Notes under the pieces: generated by a model
Databases searched by the model: none
Seen by the model: only the letters and a program-made list of their open reading frames with translations
Told to the model about the DNA's origin: nothing
Shown: positions 19,014 through 27,450 of the stretch, in pieces
Layout: each line of letters starts with the position of its first letter
Numbering within the stretch: the first letter of the stretch is position 1
Source: an uncultured bacterium
GTDB lineage: Bacteria > Acidobacteriota > HRBIN11 > JAKEFK01
Assembly (NCBI GenBank): GCA_963777505.1
Contig: CAVZQN010000001.1
Span: forward strand, 384,001 to 448,000
Length of the DNA stretch: 64,000 bases
Reading direction: 5' to 3'
Translations under genes and position numbers: made by a program

Positions 19014-19895
19014 TTAACGCGCGTGAAGGAGTTCCACTTGTTCTTCGGCATGGTACGAGCTGCGGACAAGCGGACCCGATTCAACATGTCCGATACCGAG
19101 TGCTTCTCCTTTTGCTTTCCATACTCGAAATTCATCAGGATGATAAAACTTCTGAACCATGGCGTGCTTTTTTGTAGGCTGTAAGTATTGACCGAGAGTC
19201 AGAATATCCACTCCGACAGAGACAAGATCGCGAATCGTCTGTTCGAGTTCGGCATCATCTTCCCCTAATCCCAGCATGATTCCACTCTTTGTAATTGAGT
19301 CCGGATACCATGTTTTGGCCCGCCGCAAAAGTTCGAGTGTGATCGCGTAATCTCCACCCAGCCGGATTGTTGGATAAAGGCGCGGAACAGTTTCTGTGTT
19401 GTGATTTAAAATGTCTGGCTTCGCATCCATCACAGTTCGCAAAGCATCGGCATCGCCCTTGAAGTCGGGAATTAAAACCTCAATGTTGCATTGCGGAACG
19501 CGTCGCCGAATTTGCAAAATCGTTTGGGAAAAGATTTTTGCACCACCATCTGGCTGATCATCGCGATCCACCGATGTAATAACAGCATGACGCAATTGCA
19601 TCTTTTCAACCGCTTCTGCAACGCGGGAAGGCTCTTCCAAATCTAAAGAGACAGGCTTCCCTTTTGCGACCGCGCAGTATCTGCATCCGCGCGTGCAAGT
19701 GTCACCCAGAATCATGAATGTTGCTGTGCCGCGGTTCCAGCATTCGCCGATGTTCGGGCAATGAGCATCTTCGCAAACTGTATTGAGTTGAAGATCGCGC
19801 ATAATTCCTTTCAAGCGATGATATCCATCGCCCCCAGGAAATCGCGCTTTAATCCATTCGGGAAGTCGTTGGCGTGCGGGTTTCGTAGCGTCCAT
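19014..19895 (-). CDS. lipA: Lipoyl synthase
   Basis: VCEDAHCPNIGEC, CTRGCRYC, VITSVDRDD and GPLVRSSYHA. Confidence 0.97.
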   Translation of the reverse strand: MDATKPARQRLPEWIKARFPGGDGYHRLKGIMRDLQLNTVCEDAHCPNIGECWNRGTATFMILGDTCTRGCRYCAVAKGKPVSLDLEEPSRVAEAVEKMQLRHAVITSVDRDDQPDGGAKIFSQTILQIRRRVPQCNIEVLIPDFKGDADALRTVMDAKPDILNHNTETVPRLYPTIRLGGDYAITLELLRRAKTWYPDSITKSGIMLGLGEDDAELEQTIRDLVSVGVDILTLGQYLQPTKKHAMVQKFYHPDEFRVWKAKGEALGIGHVESGPLVRSSYHAEEQVELLHAR

Positions 19896-19900
19896 CTAAA

Positions 19901-20431
19901 TCAGCGCAGCAAATCCTTAATATGATAGATCATCCCCTCGCGAGTGTAGGCAGCCATTTCCAAAATTCCGGTATCCATTCGGATCGCGTCTTCAGGACAT
20001 GCTTCAACGCACAATCCGCAAAATACGCAGACACCGATATCAATATCAAACCGGACCGGACGCTTCTCGATATTCGGATCAGGATGATCTTCCCCTACGA
20101 TGTAAATACATTTTGCCGGACAAATTGTTTCGCACATCATGCAAGCGACACATCGTGGAGTTCCATCTTCCCGTTTTGTGAGTCTATGCAAACTCCGTAC
20201 TCTCGCTGAAAGCGGCCGGCGTTCTTCAGGATACTGATACGTTACTGACCCACGGCTCTTGGGTTTTAATCCAAATAAACGAGTTATATGAATACTTAAA
20301 TTGACAAAAAAATGTTTAGCCGTGATTCGCAATCCACGCATGATTTCAGGCAAATAGGATTGCTCTCGCGCAGACCGCTTGTTCACCGGCGCTACTTTCA
20401 TTACTTTAACTTTCAGTTCAGCTTTAGCCAT
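19901..20431 (-). CDS. nuoI: NADH-quinone oxidoreductase subunit I
   Basis: TYQYPEE and two 4Fe-4S motifs, CVACMMCETICP and CVFCGLCVEACP. Confidence 0.93.
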   Translation of the reverse strand: MAKAELKVKVMKVAPVNKRSAREQSYLPEIMRGLRITAKHFFVNLSIHITRLFGLKPKSRGSVTYQYPEERRPLSARVRSLHRLTKREDGTPRCVACMMCETICPAKCIYIVGEDHPDPNIEKRPVRFDIDIGVCVFCGLCVEACPEDAIRMDTGILEMAAYTREGMIYHIKDLLR

Positions 20432-21515
20432 GATAAGAATCCCAGATCATCAAGATAACCGCGGTTAAAAGAATATTCAACAGTGACAATGGAAGCATGA
20501 CTTTCCATCCAAGCTGCATCAGTTGATCATACCGGAAACGCGGTAGCGACCAACGGATCAACATGAACAACCACATAAAGAAACTTAATTTGATGAAAAA
20601 TGACGTAATTTGCAGAATAGAAACCCAGATTGGCGCCATCGTCATCACGTTGTTGCCGAAATGAAAACCATCAGCATGCAGAAATGGAACCTGCCATCCC
20701 CCAAAAAAGAGAAGTGTTGCAAGCGCGCCGATTAAAACAGTTTCAAGAAAATCGACAAGCATAAAGACGCCCCATTTCAAACCACTGTACTCGATAAAAT
20801 AACCGACAATTTCCGCTTCTCCTTCCGGCAAATCAAACGGATTGCGTTTCGTTTCAACAAGCCCGGCGGTTATGAACAATAGAAATCCGAGCGGCTGCAA
20901 AAATACACCCCATTTCGGATAAAAACCGAAAAGCAGCCCTTGCTGCTTCATTACAAGTTCCTGAGTATTGAAGGTCTGAAAAATCATCAGCAAGCCGATC
21001 ACTGTAGCGCCGAATGTAATTTCATATGAAAACATTTGCGCACTACCACGAAGACTTCCAAGCATTGCATAGTTGTTGTTAGATGAATAACCGGCAAACA
21101 CAACTCCATAAATGCCAAGCGACATCATTGCAAAAATAATTAACAGCGCAACACTGCTATTTACAATTACAAGATTCACTACATTGCCCCCAATCTGAAT
21201 CGTGTTTCCGATCGGGATCATCGCGAAGGAAACCAGAACACAGAACAAGGAAATCATTGGCGAGATTGTGTGCAGAAACTTATTGCCGCCCGGCGGAACC
21301 CAATCTTCTTTGAAGATCATTTTTAAAGAGTCAGCCGCAACTTGAAAAAGACCGAAAGCTTTGAATGGTCCAATATTCGCGCGATTTGCACCAATACGAT
21401 CTTGCATTACTGCACTTTGTTTTCGTTCCACCCAGGTCAGCAATGAACCAAGGTTCATCACCCAGAAAATCGTCACTGCGATTTTGATCACTGTTTCGAT
21501 TACAAGTGATTTCAT
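20424..21515 (-). CDS. nuoH: NADH-quinone oxidoreductase subunit H
   Basis: WVERKQSAVMQDRIG, ADSLKMIFKED, ETKRNPFDLPEGE and LPRFRYDQLM. Confidence 0.95.
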   Translation of the reverse strand: MKSLVIETVIKIAVTIFWVMNLGSLLTWVERKQSAVMQDRIGANRANIGPFKAFGLFQVAADSLKMIFKEDWVPPGGNKFLHTISPMISLFCVLVSFAMIPIGNTIQIGGNVVNLVIVNSSVALLIIFAMMSLGIYGVVFAGYSSNNNYAMLGSLRGSAQMFSYEITFGATVIGLLMIFQTFNTQELVMKQQGLLFGFYPKWGVFLQPLGFLLFITAGLVETKRNPFDLPEGEAEIVGYFIEYSGLKWGVFMLVDFLETVLIGALATLLFFGGWQVPFLHADGFHFGNNVMTMAPIWVSILQITSFFIKLSFFMWLFMLIRWSLPRFRYDQLMQLGWKVMLPLSLLNILLTAVILMIWDSYHG

Positions 21516-21524
21516 TTGATGTTC

Positions 21525-23156
21525 CTAATCGGCAGCTACAGCACCTTCAGGCACTTCATTAATGAGACGCCCTGAAAGTCCGATCGTCACATAGCTCATT
21601 CCTGAAAATGAAGCGAAACGGGAAGCAAGTTCGGCAAAAATTTCCGACGCTTGCGCCGATTTAATATCGGTACCTAATTTGCGTCCAATATCCCGAAGGA
21701 TTTCGAGAGTCGTTCGCGAGTCTTCAAGTGGCGCTACCGCAGGAAAAATCCGTTGCACGCGTCCTTGAAAATTCGTGAAGGTGCCTTCTTTTTCAGCATA
21801 TGTTGCCGCTGCAAGCACATGCGTTGCGAGTGGAACCGTTCCATTCAAATTTGTTCCGTGATACACGACAGTTTCAACATTCGCAAGAAGCTCGCGCACA
21901 GTATCATCACCGTAAATAGCGGCAAGATCAGAATGCATAATATACAAGAATTTCAAACGGCCGCTTCGCGCAAGATCCAAAACAGATTGAACTGAATAAT
22001 TGTTTTGTTCAGCCAGGATCAATTCCGCGCCTTTTGTATTTGGGTTCCTGTCCTTACGTAATAGAAAGCCATCTTCTTTTGCATCTTTTGGAATTGGCAA
22101 GGCATAAGACAGGCTGGGGATGCTGAGATGTTCAAAGAAAATCTTACGAGCGAGATAAAGCTCTTCATTTGTCATTTGAGGTGAGGTTATGATTGCAGCT
22201 GCAGCTGGACCACCTTCGAAAAGCGCTCGTTTCAAGCCATCAGCGACAGATGTCAATACGGTATCCCAATCGACAGGTTTTTCACCTTCCTTCGACTTGA
22301 TCAAAGGTTCAGCAATCCGATTTTCATCCAGCCAACGATAGTTATAACGGCCGACATCGCACATCCAGTATTTATTTACATGATCATTAAAGCGCGGCTT
22401 TAAACGCTGAATTCTTCTTCCTTCCGTTTTATAAGTGCGATCCGTGTTGTAGTTGATTCGGATATTGCAACCGGTTGAGCATCCAGGACAAACCGAAAAT
22501 TGCTCTTTCAAATACCAGACACTCATCTGGTATCGGAAATCACGATCAAGCAATGCACCTACTGGACAGATATCAACCACATTCCCTGAATAATTGTTAT
22601 CGAGTTGGCGTCCAGGATAGATATTGACTTCAGACCATGTACCCTTATTGAAGATTCCCAGTTCACCGGATTTTGAGATTTCATCTGTGAAGCGGATACA
22701 TCGCGAACAAAGCACGCAGCGTTCTTGATCCAGCATGACATGAGGACCGATTGGAAATGCTTTCTTCTTTTTTACTTTATCTTCACGCAGACGGCTATCA
22801 TGCTGGCCGAACTTCATATAATAATTTTGAAGTTCACATTCACCGGCACGATCACAAACAGGACAATCCAGCGGATGATTCAATAGCAGAAATTCAAGCA
22901 CCGAACGGCGGGCTTCTTTTACTTTGTCGGATTGTGTCCAGACAACCATTCCATCGTTTGCAACTGTGTTACAAGCAACTTGAAGCTTTGGCATCTTTTC
23001 GATTTCGACAAGACACATTCGGCAGGATCCAACGACACGTAAGCCCGGATGATAACAGTAACGTGGGACTTCGATTCCAAGCTCTTCGCAAGCCTGAATT
23101 ACTGTCCGGCCTTTATCAACTGTAATTTCGTGTCCGTCAATTTTGAATGTAGCCAC
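21525..23156 (-). CDS. nuoG: NADH-quinone oxidoreductase subunit G (short, 543 aa)
   Basis: CYHPGL..VGSCRMC, HPLDCPVCDRAGEC, CVLCSRC...CPVGAL, CPGCSTGC...MC and EKEGTFTNFQGRVQR. Confidence 0.88.
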   Translation of the reverse strand: MATFKIDGHEITVDKGRTVIQACEELGIEVPRYCYHPGLRVVGSCRMCLVEIEKMPKLQVACNTVANDGMVVWTQSDKVKEARRSVLEFLLLNHPLDCPVCDRAGECELQNYYMKFGQHDSRLREDKVKKKKAFPIGPHVMLDQERCVLCSRCIRFTDEISKSGELGIFNKGTWSEVNIYPGRQLDNNYSGNVVDICPVGALLDRDFRYQMSVWYLKEQFSVCPGCSTGCNIRINYNTDRTYKTEGRRIQRLKPRFNDHVNKYWMCDVGRYNYRWLDENRIAEPLIKSKEGEKPVDWDTVLTSVADGLKRALFEGGPAAAAIITSPQMTNEELYLARKIFFEHLSIPSLSYALPIPKDAKEDGFLLRKDRNPNTKGAELILAEQNNYSVQSVLDLARSGRLKFLYIMHSDLAAIYGDDTVRELLANVETVVYHGTNLNGTVPLATHVLAAATYAEKEGTFTNFQGRVQRIFPAVAPLEDSRTTLEILRDIGRKLGTDIKSAQASEIFAELASRFASFSGMSYVTIGLSGRLINEVPEGAVAAD

Positions 23157-23160
23157 GTTT

Positions 23161-23237
23161 CAAAACCAAAAATTAAAAATTAAAGATCAAAAACGAGCTC
23201 CTCATTTTTGATTTTTTATCTTTCATTTTTTATTTTG
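23161..23237. repeat. Inverted array of heptamer repeats between nuoD and nuoG
   Basis: Left arm aaaaatt/aaagatc-type units, right arm atttttg/atctttc-type units. Confidence 0.6.
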
Positions 23238-23238
23238 T

Positions 23239-24606
23239 TCAGTGGTCTAGTTCGCCACCGATCATATTTATTGAACCAAACGCCGGAATAATATCTGCAA
23301 CTGAGAGGCCCAAAATCATTTTAGGAAATGCAGCAACAAAGTTATAGCACGGTGGGCGAACCCGTACGCGATACGGCTTATCACTGCCATCACTTACGAT
23401 ATAAAAACCAACTTCGCCATTTCCACCTTCGACGCACGCGTAAGCTTCTCCTTTCGGCGGACGCACTCCATGACCATACATGATCAACTTAAAATGATTC
23501 ATCAATCCTTCGATACTTTTGTACGATTTTTCCTTGGGAGGAATGACAACTCCTTTGACATCCGGATTTACGTTGTAATACTCATCTAATTCCTGTCCTT
23601 CAAGATTGGGTGAAACATTCACTTCGCGATCTGAAATTCCTGAGATACGCCCCATCTTTGCTTCATCGACTGTTACTGCAGACTCAATCGCCTTACCTTC
23701 CGCATCCACATTCACGGCGCCGCCTGGCATTTTTTCCAGCGCTTGTTCGATAATCCGCATGCTTTGCTGCATCTCTTCCATACGTACAAGATAGCGATCG
23801 TAACAATCACCATTCTCACCAACAGGAATTTCAAAATCCAATTCATCATAAACATGATATGGATACGCGCGGCGTACATCATATGGAACCCCGCTGGCAC
23901 GCAGCATGGGTCCGGTAAATGCATACCCAATTGCATCTTCTTTAGAAATAATTCCAATACCTTGCAAGCGATCCATAAAAATTCGGTTTTTCGTTACAAG
24001 CCCGTCACATTCTACAAGCGTTTCGCGAATTCTTTTGAGTTGAAAACGACATCGATCATTGAATCCTGGAGGTAAGTCTGCTTTTACCCCACCAACGCGT
24101 GCATAACTTACTGTAATTCTTGCGCCGGTCACATCTTCAACAAGTTCATAAAGCCACTCGCGCGCTTTCATCATGTACAAAAATACAGTGAATGCATTTA
24201 ACTCCATGGCAGAAGCACCAATACAAGTCAGGTGATCGGTGATTCTTGAAATTTCACTCATGACTACCCGAACGTATTCGCAACGTTCTGTGACTTTAAC
24301 ACCCAGTAATTTCTCAACAGCCATGGCATAGCCAAAGTTATTAATCAGCGGTGAAACGTAATTCAGGCGGTCTGTCCATGGAATAACCTGGTTATATGTA
24401 ACGCTTTCCGAATGTTTTTCAAATGCGCGATGAAGGTATCCGATTTCCATCTTCGCATCGCGGACGACTTCACCTTCCAATTCAAGTACAATCCTGACAA
24501 TTCCATGCATTGCAGGATGTGAAGGCCCCATGTTTAGCATCATGTTGCCAGATGGTTCTTTTGCAATGAGCTCGCTTTCTATTATTTTTGGTTCTGTTTT
24601 GCTCAT
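23239..24606 (-). CDS. nuoD: NADH-quinone oxidoreductase subunit D
   Basis: NMGPSHPAMHG, GYLHRAFEK, DRLNY, GDCYDRY and terminal GGELDH. ATG at 24606 overlaps the nuoC stop (ATGA). Confidence 0.95.
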   Translation of the reverse strand: MSKTEPKIIESELIAKEPSGNMMLNMGPSHPAMHGIVRIVLELEGEVVRDAKMEIGYLHRAFEKHSESVTYNQVIPWTDRLNYVSPLINNFGYAMAVEKLLGVKVTERCEYVRVVMSEISRITDHLTCIGASAMELNAFTVFLYMMKAREWLYELVEDVTGARITVSYARVGGVKADLPPGFNDRCRFQLKRIRETLVECDGLVTKNRIFMDRLQGIGIISKEDAIGYAFTGPMLRASGVPYDVRRAYPYHVYDELDFEIPVGENGDCYDRYLVRMEEMQQSMRIIEQALEKMPGGAVNVDAEGKAIESAVTVDEAKMGRISGISDREVNVSPNLEGQELDEYYNVNPDVKGVVIPPKEKSYKSIEGLMNHFKLIMYGHGVRPPKGEAYACVEGGNGEVGFYIVSDGSDKPYRVRVRPPCYNFVAAFPKMILGLSVADIIPAFGSINMIGGELDH

Positions 24607-25088
24607 CGAATGCCTTTCCAAATTGGTTTCACACGAGGTTGTCGTTTGTTAATCGGATAATCTTTGCGAAGTGGATGACCTTCGAATTCCTCATACATCA
24701 GAAGCCGGCGCAAGTCAGGATGATTTGTGAATTTGATTCCAAACATATCCCACACTTCACGCTCTAACCAGTTCGCAATCGGCCACAGCGAAACGACAGA
24801 TTTGACTTCCTCACCTTCTGAAACGGGAGTCTTAATCCTGATGCGGATATTTTTCTGCAAAGAATTCAAATGATAGACGACTTCAAAACGGGGCTCCTGA
24901 CCAAGATAATCTACAGCGCTTAGATCGGAGAGCATGTCGAATTCAAATTCAACTTTTAAAAGCTTCAGCACATCAAAGACGCTTTCGCGGCGCACTAAAA
25001 TTGTGTCATCACCACAGTAGGAATGAAAACCTAGAACATCTTTGGATACTTTCGCACGGATGGCTTGAATTAGAGTGCTTTCTTCCAT
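24603..25088 (-). CDS. nuoC: NADH-quinone oxidoreductase subunit C
   Basis: AVDY, RFEVVYHL, EREVWDMFGIKF and GHPLRKDYP. Confidence 0.95.
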   Translation of the reverse strand: MEESTLIQAIRAKVSKDVLGFHSYCGDDTILVRRESVFDVLKLLKVEFEFDMLSDLSAVDYLGQEPRFEVVYHLNSLQKNIRIRIKTPVSEGEEVKSVVSLWPIANWLEREVWDMFGIKFTNHPDLRRLLMYEEFEGHPLRKDYPINKRQPRVKPIWKGIR

Positions 25089-25103
25089 CGGATTAATCTC
25101 GCG

Positions 25104-25586
25104 TTATACAATCGCCTGTTTTTCGTTCTGAATTTTATTTTGTAATTTGATTAAACCATCCAGGACAGTTTCAGGCCGCGGAGGGCATCCCGGGATATAC
25201 AAATCAACAGGTACAATTGTGTCAATACCCTGGACCGTTGCGTAATCATCGTAAAAACCACCGGTACATGTACAGACACCAAAGGCAACAACCCATTTCG
25301 GATTACACATTTGTTCGTAAACGCGCTGAAGTACTGGAGCCAGTTTGTGACTGATTGTTCCAACAACAAATAAAACATCCGCCTGCCGCGGTGAAAATCG
25401 AGGAAGACCTGCACCAAAGCGATCGATATCGTAGTGCGCGCAACTGACAGACATATATTCCATGCCGCAGCACGCAGTTACGAAGGGATATTGAAAGATT
25501 GAAAACTTGCGCGCCCAACCGATCACATCGGAAAGTTTTGATGTAAAAAATCCATCACCAGCCAGAACTTTATCTACTTGTTCCAC
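25104..25586 (-). CDS. nuoB: NADH-quinone oxidoreductase subunit B
   Basis: TACCGME, FSPRQAD and YIPGCPPRPE. GTG at 25586 has an aggag RBS; an alternative GTG lies at 25607. Confidence 0.95.
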   Translation of the reverse strand: MEQVDKVLAGDGFFTSKLSDVIGWARKFSIFQYPFVTACCGMEYMSVSCAHYDIDRFGAGLPRFSPRQADVLFVVGTISHKLAPVLQRVYEQMCNPKWVVAFGVCTCTGGFYDDYATVQGIDTIVPVDLYIPGCPPRPETVLDGLIKLQNKIQNEKQAIV

Positions 25587-25930
25587 GACAAGACTCCTTT
25601 CTTCCACGAATACACCAATGTCAAAAACAATAGTCCTAAGAATATTCCCATGCTTATGAATGCTTGTATTCCAAGTTCTCTAAAAACAAGTGCCCAGGGA
25701 AATAAGAATGTTAATTCAACATCAAACACGACGAAGAGAAGAGCAACAAGATAAAACTGAACTGGAATGTGCCCTTTTACGATCCGGAAGGGTATCTCAC
25801 CCATTTCAAAAGGTTCCGCCTTAACAGGCGACATACTTTTTGGACCTAAAACACTTGTGATCCAGATAACAAGGCCGGCGAGTCCACCGACAATCAGTGC
25901 CATCAGCGAAAGCGCAACGAGATTATTCAT
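25574..25930 (-). CDS. nuoA: NADH-quinone oxidoreductase subunit A
   Basis: KAEPFEMGE, FYLVALLFVVFDVE, FLFPWA and WKKGVLSW. Confidence 0.93.
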   Translation of the reverse strand: MNNLVALSLMALIVGGLAGLVIWITSVLGPKSMSPVKAEPFEMGEIPFRIVKGHIPVQFYLVALLFVVFDVELTFLFPWALVFRELGIQAFISMGIFLGLLFLTLVYSWKKGVLSWNK

Positions 25931-26027
25931 TCGAGTGTTTCCTGAAACCGCACGCTGCCCGCTGCGGGGATTGCAGGCAATATAAAGTCCGCTTTTAGAA
26001 GATCTTACGAGGCGAACTTCAATGGAA

Positions 26028-27086
26028 TTATAGAGAGTCGCGTACGAAAAGTCCAGCTACTGAAGAGGCTTCAACATCGCCGATAATCGCGGCATCTGAC
26101 ACGCCTTTTTCTTTCAATTTTTCAACCAATAAATCGGCTTTTTCAGGCGCAACAGAAATCATGAGTGGTCCCGATGTTTGAGGATCGTATAGAATCATTT
26201 CCCGTTCACGTGGAAGTTCTTTTTCTAGTTGTATGCAGCCTTCAGCAGATTGTTTGTTGGACAGTGTAACGCCAGTACGGATTCCTTTTTCCATCATTTT
26301 AACGGTGGCAGGATAAATATTCACAGAAGCCAGGTTGATATTAATCTTTACTTTGCTTCCAAGAGCCATTTCACAAAGATGCCCAGCAAGCCCAAAACCT
26401 GAAATATCTGTGCAGGCATTTACGCCAGTTTCGAGCATAACTTCACAGGCGGTTTTGTTCAGCTTTCGCATGCTTTCAAGTGCGGGCTGAAATTCTTCAG
26501 GGGTTAGCAAATCGTTTTTTGCACCGGTTATGATCACACCAGTGCCAATCCGTTTTGTGATCACTAGTTTGTCGCCAGGTTTGCATGAACTGTTACGAAG
26601 AACACGATCGGGATGAACTACGCCGGTAACCGATAAGCCATATTTCAGTTCTTGATCTTTTACAGTGTGACCACCAAGCAGAGTCGCTCCGCTTTCAAGA
26701 ATTTTGTCGTAACCTCCGCGAAGTATTTCTGCGAGCACGGTTGGTTCACATCCTTCGCTGGGAAAGCAACAAACATTTAATACATTAATCGGCCGCCCGC
26801 CCATTGCGTAAACATCACTTAAAGAGTTCGCCGCAGAAATCTGACCATAAATGAATGGATCATCACAAAGAGGTGTAATGAAGTCAACCGTCTGTACGAG
26901 CGCGATTTCGTTCGTCAATTTGAAGACACCTGCGTCGTCTGCAGTTTCGATTCCAACGATCAAGTTTGGATCGCGAACTGCTTCAAGATTTAAATGTTGC
27001 AGTATTGTCTTCAAGTCCACCGGACTGAGTTTGCCCGCTCAACCACCAGACTTTGCAAGCCGCGTTAAACGAAACGCCTCTTCCAT
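26028..27086 (-). CDS. selD: Selenide, water dikinase SelD, a selenoprotein (Sec at codon 16)
   Basis: ATG at 27086 with RBS gaggt reads MEEAFRLTRLAKSGG-UGA-AGKLSPVDL, in frame with the 330-aa ORF. That ORF has DDAGV, QTVDFITP, NSLSDVYAMGG, GGHT and DPQTSG. Confidence 0.95.
27009..27029 (-). promoter_or_regulatory. Bacterial SECIS-like hairpin of selD
   Basis: mRNA CUCAGUCC-GGU-GGACUUGAAG forms a stem with a G-containing apical loop 17 nt after the UGA (27039-27041). Confidence 0.7.
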
Positions 27087-27228
27087 AATGACCTCGCTCA
27101 ATTCTGGACAAAATTAGTCCAGAAAGAAAGTTAGCTGAACTTCGCCCAAGTTGCAAGATTGCCTCCTTGCATCCCGCATCTCGCGACCGCGTTTGTGGTA
27201 CACTGAAAATGCAGTACGCATCGCAGCT

Positions 27229-27414
27229 ATGAATGATAAAAATCCAACCCTTGATGCGTTGAATAACATCCCCATTGAGCCTCATCAGGATTGTCCTGCC
27301 GAGAAGAGTGAAGATGCGGTCTTGTGCGACCGTTGTCTACAACCTATGTTCCGAATGAGAGCTGTTTATTGGTGCGTCAACTGCGGTTATAAAACAGATT
27401 GTTGCGGCCACTAA
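27229..27414 (+). CDS. Small Cys-rich zinc-ribbon-like protein (61 aa)
   Basis: MNDKNP...LCDRCLQPMFRMRAVYWCVNCGYKTDCCGH has CxxC-x12-CxxC plus a terminal CC. Confidence 0.65.
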   Translation: MNDKNPTLDALNNIPIEPHQDCPAEKSEDAVLCDRCLQPMFRMRAVYWCVNCGYKTDCCGH

Positions 27415-27450
27415 ACAACGTAACTCTGGATTGCTCCGTATGAGTTTCAA

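Noticed and set aside
18983-19135. N-terminal extension of the dienelactone hydrolase in the ORF track
   Set aside because: It overlaps lipA. The ATG at 18982 has a ggagg RBS and begins a signal peptide.
25931-26027. GC-rich stretch upstream of nuoA as a structured RNA leader
   Set aside because: Only short imperfect stems are present, with no match to a riboswitch I recognise. It cannot be supported without covariance analysis.
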